Shown here: positions 13,696 through 26,560 of the stretch, in pieces
Numbering within the stretch: the stretch's first letter is position 1
How the letters are laid out: the number at the start of each line of letters is the position of its first letter
NCBI GenBank assembly: GCA_016748015.1
Contig: JAAOMT010000054.1
Location: forward strand, 142,499 to 206,498
Reading direction: 5' to 3'
Length of the DNA stretch: 64,000 bases
From: Geosiphon pyriformis uo1
Taxonomy: Eukaryota > Fungi > Glomeromycota
The notes under the pieces: model-generated
What the model saw: the letters and a program-made list of their open reading frames with translations, nothing else
Told to the model about the DNA's origin: nothing
The model's database searches: none
Translations under genes and position numbers: made by a program

Positions 13696-15068
13696 ATGAA
13701 TCCCAGAAATTACAACAACATTAAAAACTATTTGGAGACTTTTATTATGTTAAAAAATTGGTCTCCAAGTGAAAAACATCGATTACAATACCAATCTAAA
13801 CAATATTTTATACACCACAACAAAATTTATTACAAAAATCGCAGAAACCCAAATCAACCACTCAGATTAATACAGAAAAATGAAAAAGAAACAATTCTAT
13901 ACAACATGTACACAGATTTTTCTTCAGTACACTTGGGAAGAGATGGAACAATTTAAAGAACTCTTGAACATTACTTTTGGCCTTACATGCAAAAAAACAT
14001 TTGACAATATGTAGAATCTTGTAATAGTTATTAAAAAAAAGGAAGAACTTGCCTCACAGAATCTTTAAATCCAATCAAAGTTGGACAACCTTTTGACAGA
14101 GTTGGAATTAATTTAGTCAGATCATTTCCTATTACAACTCAAGAAAATCATTATATTGCAGTTGCAGTAGATTATCTTACCAAATGGCCTAAAGCTAAAG
14201 CCATCCAAAGAGCAGATGCAAAATCAGTAGTAAATTTCATCTATGAAAACATTATTTATAAACATGGATGTCCAATTAAACTTTTATCTGATCAAAAAAC
14301 ACATTTTGTGAACAACTTGATACAAGAAATTTGTGAACAATTCAATGTCAAAAGACTTTTATTATTATCTTATTACTCCCAAACAAATAGACTTATAGAA
14401 CAGTTCAACAGAATATTGTGTAAATCTTTAGCCAAAGTCTCAACAGATTTTAAGCAGGAATAAAATATCTTTATTCTATCAGTATTATTAGCATACAAAA
14501 CACTAAAACAAAATACCACAAAACACATCATTTGATCTTACTTATGGAAAAACAGCAATATTACCAATTAATTTTAAGGTAGAAACATATCCAGTGCAAC
14601 CAATCAATAAAGAAAACTTTCAAGAAATACTCCAAAAATGGGCTTATACTCTTCTTAATACATTGGAAGGAAAGAAACACATAGCAGCCACTCATATTGA
14701 ACATTCTTAAGCCCTACAAAAAAAAAGACATGACAACAAACTGCCACCAGTTACCAATAAATTTAAAGTTAGAAATAAAGTTTTCTTATACAGAACTAAA
14801 GCTAAAAAACAATGGAGTGGAAAATTTGAACATAAATGGGATGAACCATTTTATATCCACAAAATTTTAGGCAATAGATCATACAAGTTAAGACTTGATA
14901 ACAAAGTACTAGCAAAAGTTGTACATAAAGATTGATTAAAACACTATTACTCCTAAATCATTAATTCCACAAATTGGTATACATTCTTCTTTAATTAATC
15001 CTGAAGATATTTCTCGAAATTTAGAACCAATAATTATAATAGAACAACAACCAAACTTGAACACTTAA
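13696..15068 (+). pseudogene. Integrase ORF of copy B
   Basis: Own ATG (MNPRNY), FDRVGINLV, LLSDQKTHF, FKVRNKVFL..KWDEPF. Confidence 0.88.
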
Positions 15069-15221
15069 TTCAACATAATTTTACAATAATTCTTTTAATA
15101 ACACACAAAAACAAAAATAGTAAATAATTACAAAAAACACCCAAACCCAAAAACAAATAAAACTCCATATTCAAAAATAATTTTTGTTATTTTTTTTTTT
15201 TATTAGTTAACTATTTTTATC

Positions 15222-15407
15222 ATGATTATTCCCCAAAATATTCAACAAATATTCCAAAAATTAATGTTAGCTTTAAAAACACTTTCTGACTTATCTATAA
15301 CAATTAATGGAAGTCAAATTAATTACATTCAAAAAAAACCACAGTCCTGGCAGTAAATAATTCTCAGAATTATCATCCCTATAGAAAAAAAACAAAAAGT
15401 TATTCTG
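15222..15407 (+). pseudogene. Truncated ORF3 start of copy B
   Basis: MIIPQNIQQIFQKLMLALKTLSDLSITINGSQINY resembles the N-termini of ORF3 in families C and D; same position after integrase. Confidence 0.55.
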
Positions 15408-16486
15408 GTCTCAAAGTCCCTAAAAAAATTGAATAAATCTTCAAAAACACTTAATAGAAATAGTAAAAGAGCTGTGCAGATAGAAGCAGCTCTAAAAAAA
15501 TGCAAATCTGATATTTTGGACAGAATTAACAGTAGAAATTCTGTGGTAGAAATTGAGAAGCAAATGAACAATCCATTTGATGCAAAAAAAGATAAAGCCA
15601 ATCCAGATGACACTATAGAGAACATAGAAGACTCTGAATTGGGCCTATCTAGCAGAATAGAAAATTTAAGTTCAGGACAATATAGTAGTAAATCACTTGG
15701 CAAAAGACCCCATGTTTATAGAACCAGACCATAAAAAAGGATAGAAAACTGTAGTTCATGGAACCAAAAAACATGTGCTCTTTGTACAGGTGGTAAATAT
15801 ACTAAAAAAAATCATGGGAAAGAAAGTGGAATAGATTTACAATCTTTTGGAGAATGTCAGTTACTTCTTGGGAGCTGTAATAGCAAGAAACCAAGAAATC
15901 TGAATGGATTTCTCCCAAGTGACTAGAAAAGACCAGACCAGAGAAATACTAGCAAGTAAAAAGATTGAATCATTTCTAATGGCTACAGATGGCATTACCA
16001 ATCAGATGGCTGGTCAAAAAAAAGTTCTGGTAAGAGATATTTTTTTAAGAATATCAAACAAAGAAATGTGAGCTATTATAAAAGAATTTAACAAAATAAA
16101 AAAAGTTCAAATCAAAGTAGCTAGAAAATGGCAATCTGCAGTGATTGAATACAGCAACCAAGAAGAGGCAACCAGAGCTGTAAACCAATGGTCAACTATG
16201 ATCAGGAAAGACACAGTCAGAATTTACTCAATGGTTGAGATCCAGAAAATTATTGAGCAAAAAAAAACCTGGGAGGCCAAACTAGTAGATTTGCCACAAA
16301 ACTGTACTGTTCATTACTTAAGCACCACTCTGGATCAGATTAAAGCCCGATCTTACTTCATTTCAAGAACTAGCAAGAACTACACAAGAATGGGCTGTGC
16401 TTACATAGAATTTGACAGTGAAGCTAGTCACAACAATACTACCAAAAAACCATTGGTAATTGGAGACACACTGGTTTACTGGATGC

Positions 16487-17363
16487 TGTTACTCATAGAA
16501 ATATAGAAAATATATTAGCATAATTATTAGCCAATCAGAAGTAGGTGTAGTAAATATGGAATTCCAGGATTTTTCTCAGGAATTGCAAAATTCCAGGAAT
16601 TTCAGGATTCCCCGATAAGGAATTGTAGAATTTTAGAATTCCAGAATTCCTCTCAAAGGAATCGCAGGATTCCAGAAATCCAGGATTTCTGTCATAAAGA
16701 ATCGAGAAATTGAGGATTCTCAATTATGTATATATAGCAGCAGAATTAGAAGCTGAAAAAACAGACCTCTTAGTTTAGATTTAATCTAAACAACTCTCCA
16801 AATCACAAGCATCTAATAAATAACTATTTGTTATCTCAAAACCCATTTCCACTATCAACACTTCATGTTGATAGTAATTGATACTTAACCACACTGGAAC
16901 AATAGCTCTTGATCATGGCTATTGACAGAATACTAACTTGTAAATTGCCTTGGCTTATTTCTTTTCTTTCTTTATTTTATTTTATTTTCTTTATTTTCTT
17001 GCTTTGATTTTATTGTTGTTTACTAACTCTATTGAGAATTAACGTGCGGGACACTGATGTCAGGATAAACATAACTGGTAAAAGACCCAGAAATAAGAGT
17101 AGAACACTCGATTGAGGATAGCTTATCAGAAAGAATACCAGCCATCAAGCTGAGAAAAAAATTGACAAAACTGCAGTTTCGGGAAGCTATAAATAAAACT
17201 ATCACCATTTAATCTCTGTCCATTATACAAAAAACTCAACCAAACCCTTCAGATACAAAACTTTTAGATACCAAACCTTCAGATCATCGACAATGAGAAT
17301 AACTTTGAACACCAAGTTATGGATTTGTATTTAATTCAACACCAGAAATTGTCATCTGTAACA
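16487..17363 (+). repeat. 5' LTR of copy D
   Basis: TGTTAC...GTAACA; direct repeat of 25725-26560. Confidence 0.95.
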
Positions 17364-17365
17364 TT

Positions 17366-17382
17366 TGGTGCTTTCTGTGAGG
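17366..17382 (+). promoter_or_regulatory. tRNA primer-binding site TGGTGCTTTCTGTGAGG
   Basis: 2 nt after the LTR, starts TGG; complementary to ...CCUCACAGAAAGCACCA, resembling elongator tRNA-Met 3' ends. Confidence 0.8.
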
Positions 17383-17389
17383 TATAATC

Positions 17390-20300
17390 TTACAGAGAAC
17401 CAGCACCAACAAATACCATCTAAAAGTGGCAGAATCAGAAAACATAGGAGCAAACCATTTAGGATTCGCAAAATCTCTATTTCAACACTATTGTTAACAC
17501 TTAAGATTAAATCACAATCATATATCCACTGAATCAGCCTTTAATTTCTATGTCAACAAAAAAATTTCTTCTTTGTTAAGAATACCAGTGAATACTGAAT
17601 CAGCCAGGGAAACTTTCTACAGAGAATTAATTCAAAATACCAACCTGCCAACAAATCACAATTTTGCCTTCATTATTACTGAGATCAACAAAAAAATTGA
17701 ACATTACACCCAACAAAGATATCCAATTACTTATGCCAGTAAAGGCAAAGGAAAATTACAAACACCAGTGGTAACACCCAAAAAGATACAACCACCTACT
17801 TGGAAGAAAACAAGAGTTGAATCACCAACTGCTCCATCCTATCACTACACACTGGGAAGTGCCATCAATATAACATTAGCAAGTACATTCACATCAAATA
17901 CAATATCAACATTCAGACAATTTTCATTCCAAAGTAAACAAAAAAAAACAGATCTACTAGGACTATATGGCAAATATTTTGAAAAATTTAAGTCGTGATC
18001 ACCAACACCATCAGGAATTCGATCACTGCCACCTCAACTGGACTTTGGAACCATTACCCTGTGGGAACTATCTGAAGAAGAATCAGAAGATCAAGAATTT
18101 ACTTACCAAAACCCGATCCTTGAAAACCCAGAATTTGGAACTGCAAACATTCAAACTCAGCAAGAAAATCCAGAAATTGAAACTCCAAATATTTAAGCAC
18201 TGCAAAATCAAAATCTTGAAGTAATTAATTAACACTTACCTCCAGTTATCATCATCAATCAACCACCAATTAAACCAATTGGTCAGCCCATCCAAATACT
18301 GAACCAACAAACTCAACAACCACCTCCAGTATCACCTCAGCAACAACAACAAATGGCATATGCACCAATCATGAAGCTCAACAAATTCACTAGCAAAGAG
18401 GATGACACACAAGTTTGGCTAAATGATGTAGAAAAAGCCATTACAACCAATGGATGGAATGACACCAGAGCCATGCAAGCCATACTTTATTTTCTCAAGG
18501 ATACAGCAGATTCATGGTATCAAAGCCTGATTGACAAACCCCAAGATTTCAATACTTTCAAATTAGAATTTTTGAGATACTTTAGCAATAACAACAGCAT
18601 TAACAGATTAGCCAACACTTACACTACAATTAAACAAGGAGAAACTGAAGCAGTTACCACATATCTGAAACATTTCCATAGAAATCTGCAACAAATTCAA
18701 GCAATTGATGCTAATTATTTTATAGTGCCACAAATTCTCAATCAATTCATCTGTGGTCTGTGCAGTAGTATTCTGCAACATGTATGTTCATTGCATCCAG
18801 CCACTCTCCAGGACACAGTCACACATGCCAAAGATTTTGAATCTGCCAAATTAGAAGCCAATCATGCCCATGCCATGAACCTAGTAATGAATAGATCATC
18901 TGAATTAGATTCTAAATTGAAACAATTTAGTGATTCAATTAATCAGAAGTTAGAGAGATACTTAGCTGACAATTGCGCAATTTATCAACCACCACAATGA
19001 TGCAATAATCCAGAAAATACAAATCATTTCCAAAATCAGTCATGTCTATCATCATTATCAGCAGCACCTAATCAGTTGTGGCAGCTAGAAATGCGTGTTT
19101 GCCACAACTGTGGTAAACAAGGACACATAAAAGCAGACTGCAGATTTTATAACAACAATTCACAATCGGAAAATCAATATCGAAACCTCGATTGCAGATT
19201 TCAAACTCCGAATTGTTACCCAAATTAAGATCAAACTACTTACTTGCCAACAATGCAGCCACCAATTTATTAACCACCAGTATATTAACCTCAAATTTAT
19301 CAACTGCACTCACCAATAATCTATCAGCCACAACCCCAAATAATTTATCAACCCCAATCAATTCAGACACTGCCCCAAAATTCAGTTAACATGACATTAG
19401 ACCACTCCAGACCTAGAATCACACAAAACTGGAGATCGGCAATGGTTGTTTACCAACTGATCCCCAGTTCTTCCAATTCATCATCAGGATTGCGTTCTTG
19501 GAATTTGAGTACTGGTACCACCCAAAACCCAAATTCCCAGAACTATTTAAGTCTTCTGGTTACCTCAGAAGACACTACCAACACCAATTTGGGATCCAAC
19601 CAACAATTAACACTTACCAGCAATATTCCACCAGCCACCGTTATAGAAGACAAGTCACTCGCAGCCATATTCCCATTTGAAATTGAGGAACCATCAAGAG
19701 TTCCTTTGTTCAGCAGAGCTGCTATTAAGGAAAAACCCATCATGGTGATGTACACCAATGCCAAAATTGATGGCCATTCTATCAAGCTTATTCTTGATAG
19801 TGGGTCAGCAGACAGCATTATCACATGACAACTTATAGACCAATTAGGTCACCAAGTTGATCATGCTGCCAGCACCAGAATCATAACAGCTAATGGAGCA
19901 ACCAAAACTCCTATTGGCAAGATTGACAATCTACTCATTGAAATCAATGGCATCACTGTACCAATCAAGATATTAATAATGGAAGCAACCCAGTACCAAG
20001 CTCTTGTTGGCAATGACTGGTTGTCCAAAATCAATGCAATGCTCAACTGGAACACACAGAAACTCCAACTTAGTCAAAACAGCCAATACACGTGAGTACC
20101 AGCCATGTGTGGCCATTTCAAACCTAACAATGTTATGTCATCAATGCCGCTCATTGATTTAGAGAAGAAAAAACCAAAGCCTACTTGGGAGGCATACCAA
20201 GTATCATGGGCCAACACTGACCACAATGAACTACCACCAATACTCTCATGGAATGACAACCCTAAGAGAAAGCAAAAAGAGGAACTGATCTAGGAGACAG

Positions 20301-23300
20301 ACAATTTGACCTGGACTGACAACGAACAGAAAGAACCATCAAGTTGGGAGTGGAAAGAAGAAAAGAGAAAAGGGAAAGAGAGGGAGGAAGAAAACACTCA
20401 AGCCAACAATACTTATATCCCATACACCTATGGTCAACAACAATCATCAACCTATCGCTGACCCAAACTAATATGCATTGATTGTGGCAAAAAATTGTCA
20501 TCAATAAGCGCATGCTGTGGCAACAACAAAGAATATCAGATGGCAACCAAGTTTTATTGCTGCGCATGCCACATTGAATGTTTTGGAAGACCAAAACAAG
20601 TGGGAAAATGGGATAATACACCATGTCTAGCCTGTGGAGAAACTCTCCTCGACAAAGGAATGTGGAACAACATTCCAGAGAGAGGAGGAATGTGTGACAT
20701 TTTCTGCCAATACACAATCCTCATCAGTGACTGGGTTAAGAAAAAAACACCAATAGAAGCCGCCTAGAGAAGAGCTGTACAGCAACTGGACAGTTGTCCA
20801 CATGATGATGACAAAATTTGGAGAATGGCAATCACCAAAATAGAAGGAGCAACACCCAAAAAGATCAGAGAAATCAAAAACAACCCACCAGAATCCATTG
20901 AACTTGACTAAAATGCAGAGCCAGTCATAAATTTCCTGGAACCAGAAGAGTTCTATGAGCACTACCAAAACTTGGCACTCACTAGAGAGAAGCAAAAACA
21001 ATGGCTAGCATAGTTGAATACAAGACTGTGTCACCATTGTTTAATTCCCAGTAATTTTGAATATTGTAACAATTGTGACCTTATTTACAATCTACCACCA
21101 CACATGATCTACACAATCTCCGAAGAGGAAGAACCAATCAGCAGCTGCACATTAGAGTTGGAATCACCATTCAATCCCAATTCAAACTCCAACAATGACA
21201 ATGACAATGAGAATAATGGTTCCAGCTCCGTTCAAAATGGCAATGACTCCAACTTAGATTCAAACTCCAATTCAAACTGTGAACAATATATCATACTCTC
21301 TGACCTCTCCAAAGAACAAGAGCTCAAATGGTTTAGTCATAATGGTAAAGATATCATACCAGAACGCGTGCATAATACAGATATAGGGTTTGATCTAAGA
21401 TATTTAAAAAAAGATGCTATCAAATTGGAACCAAACACACGAGTATGCATTGATTTGAAAATAGCTCTAGAGATTCCAGCAACAACCATGGTTCTTTTAG
21501 CATTTAGAAGTAGTTTAGCAAAAAAGGAGATTAATATTAGAAGGAGAATAGTAGATACAAGATATACAGGAAATATCAGCATCATACTACAAAATGATTC
21601 AGAAAAGGCTTATACAATTGAGCCAAATAAAAAGATAGCACAGACCATATTCCTGCCATTAGTCAAAATAGCCAGCTTAGTGAAAGTGAGAACAAAGAAA
21701 GAATTGGAAATAACAGCAAGAGAGATACAGGGATTTGGGTCAATGGGTAGAATAGAGGTATCAGTTAATATGGTGGAGAAAGAAATTGTTGGCCAAGGAG
21801 AAATTATCTCAACCAGTCAAGCTATTTCCATTCCACCATATAGCCAGTACATGTTAGCAATAGAAAGGAAGGAAAAGGAACAAGAACAGATTTTTGAAGC
21901 TGAAGCAAATCTTTGTGAATCAGGAGAGATTGGGCTGATCAATCTCAACATACCAGCCAAAAGCTATAGCCGCATAAAAATTCCCATCTACAACAACACT
22001 GACAATGTTATCAACATATCAGAAGAAACCACCATTGGATATTTAACCACAGAAATAGAAAACCAACCACCAAACTCCATTTCAAACTTTCCACAACTTT
22101 GTAGATATGTCAACATCACATCACAAACAATCTATGGATGAGACAAATGTTATTTGTTCCAACCAGAACAATTAGAACAAATGAACATGGGAAACTTAGA
22201 TCTACTCCAATGTATGCAGCTCAAGATATTGCTCAACAATTTCAATGACATCTTTGCCAGCGAAAATAAGTTTGGCCAAACTGACATTATCTAGCATTAG
22301 ATCAAGACTGGAGATGCAATGCCAATCAAACAAAGAGCATACAGAGTGCTGCCAGCCAGCCATGAGATCATTCATCAAGAGATAAACTGAATACTTGACA
22401 ATGGGCTAATTCAATTATCAATGAGCCCATGGTCATTACCAGTGGTACTTGTCTGTAAAAAGAATAGGAAAATCCAATTTTGTGTGGACTATAGGAAACT
22501 CAACAGTGTAACTTATGGAGACAGCTATCCAACTCCATGAATACAGAAATTATTCAATGCTTTCAGCGGAAACAAATGGTTCTCAACATTAGACTTAAAT
22601 AGTGGTTATTGGCAAGTAGCTATGAATCCAGCTGACAAAGAGAAGACAGCATTCACCACTAGAGAAGGGAATTTCGAATTTGAAGTGATGCCATTTGGCT
22701 TAACCAATGCTCCAGCCACTTTCCAATGGCTAATGGAAATTGTTTATACTGGCTTATTGTGGAAATCAGTAGTTGTATACTTGGACAACACCAATGTATT
22801 CTCAAAAATGTTTGATGATCATCTTCATCATCTTCAACAAATGTTTGAAAGACTAAGAAGAGCAGGACTAAAGTTAAATGCAACAAAGTGCTTTTTTGGC
22901 AAGACAAAACTAAAATTCTTGGAACACATAGTCAGCAAAGATAGCATCAAAATAGATCCAGAGAAAATAAAGATAGTAAAAAACTTTTCAGTGCTGACCA
23001 ATATGACAGAACTGAAATCATTCTTGGGATTTGCCAGCTACTATCGACGTTTTATCAAGAACTTCTCTAAAATAGCACAGTCACTTAACCAACTGCAAAA
23101 CAAAAATACAAAATATGAATGGACAGAAAGTCAACAAGAAGCTTTTGATATTCTGAAAAGAAAGCTTATCCAAGCTCCAGTACTGATCTATTCAGATCAC
23201 AACCAACTATTTATCATTACCACCAATGCATCCAACCAAGCATTGAGAGCAGTACTATCTCAGAGAAGACCAGACAGCAGAAAACATCCAGTAATATATG

Positions 23301-23581
23301 TCAGTAGAGGTTTAACACCAGCCGAAAAGAACTATAGAACACCAGAACAAGAACACTTATCAATATACTGAGCAGTCATAAAATAGAAAAAATACTTGAA
23401 CCAGAAATTTGAAATATACACAGATCACAAATGATTAAAATTACTTTAAAAACAAGAATTTGAAGATAGAAGACAGTCAAGATGGAAAATGGCACTTGCA
23501 TCATATAATTATACTATACATTATAAAAAGGGAAAAGACAATGGAAATGCTGACAGTTTGTCATGAATGAGACAAATCTAA
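17390..23581 (+). pseudogene. gag-pol of copy D; gag and protease share one frame
   Basis: Capsid-like 18353-19000; CHNCGKQGHIKADC; LILDSGS ~19788; Cys-rich 20460-21100; dUTPase; RT 22320-23190; RNase H ending TAA 23579-23581. Start approximate. Confidence 0.88.
21350..21750 (+). pseudogene. dUTPase domain in copy D
   Basis: TDIGFDL (I), RSSLAK (II), IVDTRYTG (III), KIAQ (IV), REIQGFGSMG (V). Confidence 0.92.
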
Positions 23582-23644
23582 AAACATTTTCAACCCAAAA
23601 ATATAACAAAACCAGAACAATACCAACGAAAAATATAACAAAAG

Positions 23645-25027
23645 ATGAACATACAAAAATATCAACAACTGTTACATTATATAAACACTCAACAGTTCAA
23701 GGAGAATTTATCTCAAACAAAATGAAAGAGTATCAAACAACAATCAAAATATTTTATCACTCATCAAAATATACTTTATTAGAAAAATAGAAGAGATCTA
23801 AAGCAACCAACCAGAGTAATTACAGAGCCAGAAAAAGAGACAATATTATTCAACATGTACTCAAATCCAACAGCAGGACACTTTCACAAAGAAGCAATCA
23901 TGGAAAAAACCAAAAAAAGATACTATTGGCCATTAATATATCCAGATATTATCCAATATGTTCAAAATTGTGATGCTTGTCAGTGAAGAGGAGATATAAA
24001 ACCCAGTAAACCATTAAAACCAATCAAAGTGGGACAACCATTTAACTGTATTGGAATTGATCTAGTCGGACCATTAACAATCACCAGAGGAGGAAACAGG
24101 TACATAGCAGTAGCCATGGACTATCTCACTAAATGACCAGAGGTGAAAGCAATTCAAAGAGCAGATGCAAAATCCATTGCCGAATTTGTTTATCAAGATT
24201 TAATTTGTCGACACGGATGTCCAAAGGAATTATTATCAGACCAAGAAACTCATTTTGTGAACAGAACATTAACAGAATTGAGCCAAAGATTCGGAATTAA
24301 GAGACCATTATTATCACCATACCATCCACAAACCAATGGATTAGTCGAAAAATTCAACAGAACATTGTGTGAAGCAATAGCTAAGCTCAGTTAAGAAAAC
24401 CAGAACAATTAGAACATGTTGATACCAGCAGTACTATTTGCTTATCGAACAATGAAACAAGACACTACACAAGCAACACTATTTGAATTAGTATATGGTA
24501 GAACAGCAACATTACCAGTAGAAATAAAGGTCAACACATATCCAACTGAACCAATAACAGAAGAAAATTTCCAAGAAACATTGTTAAGAAAAACATATGA
24601 CTTAATAGAAACATTGGAAAACAAACGAAGAAGAGCAGCTGATAACATACAAAAGTCACAAGAGAAACAGAAAGAAAGACATAATAATCAACTACTAAAC
24701 AAACCAGTTGAATTCAAGATTGGAGACAAAGTACTCTTACATCATACCAAAGCAGAAAAACAATGGAGTGGAAAATTTGACCCCAAATAGGATGGACCAT
24801 TTCACATAGAAAAAATTCTAGAAAATAGAGCTTACAAATTAAGACTGGACAACAAAATCTTAACCAAAGCAGTACATGAAAATCGACTGAAACCATATCA
24901 CAACACCATACTACCATCTACCAGTAATATTCCACAATTAGAAGTACAGAGAATAGTAGTCCAACCAGATTAGATTCCACATAATCTGGAACCAATCATT
25001 ATTATTAACAACAACACATCAAATTGA
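23645..25027 (+). pseudogene. Integrase ORF of copy D
   Basis: ATG at 23645 (MNIQKYQQLL), GIDLVGP, LLSDQ, TNGLVEKFN, K*DGPF; no chromodomain. Confidence 0.9.
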
Positions 25028-25051
25028 TCCATCAAAAAAATATATAAAAAC

Positions 25052-25711
25052 ATAGTAGATACAACAGAAAATATCAGAAAAATGGAAATTACAAACAACA
25101 TTCACTCACTAGCACAACAACTCTTTCAATTGATCTAATACCAGAAAATGGAAATTACAATCAATCAACAAACCATTCGATATTAAGATATTAGAAAGAC
25201 ATTGCAACCCAGAACACAGAAGAAAACTGAAAATACTGTGGACAAAATCATTGCAAAAGTAAAATTAGCAATAAGAGAGTCGACAAAAGAATTACTATAT
25301 CAAGAGTTGACTAAAGAAACTTGGAATTGGTAAATACAACAATTTCCACAAAACTATTGTTATTTTTACTTAGAACAACATGTAAATATCCAGAATCTAT
25401 ATATGGATAAAACAAAGCAATTATTTGACAAAAGAATATTACAACAATTAGAACATTTTGTGGGAAAAAACAACTTATCCACACAGGCCCGAGCTATATA
25501 CTGAATACACACAGTATTTCAGAATAGACCAGAAATATTACTCAACAAAGCAATGGATATGGTTACCAGTAATCAATTGAGAAAGATTACCAATGCTCAA
25601 TTTGAAAAATTACAGACCCAAATAACACAAGTAATTCTCAAAAACAAAATCCAGAAAATACTTCAAAAAAAGGAATTAAACAAGTTAGATTTCGACAGAG
25701 CTCAATATTAA
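25052..25711 (+). pseudogene. ORF3 of copy D
   Basis: Colinear with 1622-2290; start decayed to ATA. Confidence 0.8.
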
Positions 25712-25724
25712 AAGGAAGGAATAA

Positions 25725-26560
25725 TATTACTCATAGAAATATAGGAAATATATTAACATGATTATTAGCCAATCAGAAGTAGGCATAGTAAATGTGGAAT
25801 TTTAGGATTTCCCAACAAGGAATTGCAGGATTCCAGAATTCCAGGATTCTTCTCAAAGGAATTGCAGGATTCCAGGAATTTCAGGATTCCTGTTGTAAAG
25901 AATCAAGGAATTGAGGAATCTCAATTATGTATATATAGCAGCAGGATTAAAAGCTGAAAAGACAGACCTCTTAGTTTAAATTTAATCTAAGCAATGCTTC
26001 AAATCACAAGCATCTAATAAATAACTATTTGTTATCTCAAACCCATTTCCATTATCAACACTTCATGTTGATAGTAATTGATACTTAACCACACTGGAAC
26101 AATAGCTCTTGATCATAGCTATTGACAGAATACTAACTTGCAAATTGTCTTGGCTTATTTCTTTTCTTTTCTTTATTTTCTTGCTTTGATTTTATTGTTG
26201 TTTACTAACTCTATTGAAGATTAACGCGTGAGGCACTGACGTTAGAATAAACGTGACTGGTAAAAGACCCAGAAATAAGGGTAGAATACTCGATTAAGGA
26301 TAGCTTACCAGGAGGAATACCAGCCATCAAGCTGAGAAAGAAATTGATGAAACTGCAGTTTCGGAAAGCTACAGATAAAACTATTATCATTGAATCTCTG
26401 TCCATTATACAAAAAACTCAACCAAACTCTTCAGATACAAACTCTTCAGATACAAAACCTTTAGATACCAAACCTTCAGATTATTGACAACGAGAATAGC
26501 TTTGAGCACCAAGTTATGGGTTTGTATTTAATTCAACACCAGAAATTGTCATCTGTAACA
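25725..26560 (+). repeat. 3' LTR of copy D
   Basis: TATTAC (decayed TGTTAC)...GTAACA. Confidence 0.95.

Larger units (their letters stand above)
4571..15407 (+). mobile_element. Ty3/Gypsy copy B (dUTPase-bearing), 3'-truncated, no 3' LTR
   Basis: LTR-like leader and PBS, gag, LILDSG protease, Cys-rich domain, dUTPase, RT (VYLDDT ~12825), RNase H (TDAS), integrase, start of ORF3. Confidence 0.9.
16487..26560 (+). mobile_element. Full-length Ty3/Gypsy copy D (dUTPase-bearing, two LTRs)
   Basis: LTRs 16487-17363 and 25725-26560, PBS, PPT AAAAGGAAGGA; flanks ATGC/GTAC are a decayed 4-bp TSD GTGC that restores the LINE ORF1 frame. Confidence 0.95.

Noticed and set aside
17366-17382. tRNA gene
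   Set aside because: Only a 17-nt complement of a tRNA 3' end (PBS); no cloverleaf.
21014-22141. Host dUTPase gene
   Set aside because: Embedded in frame within the Gypsy pol between two LTRs.
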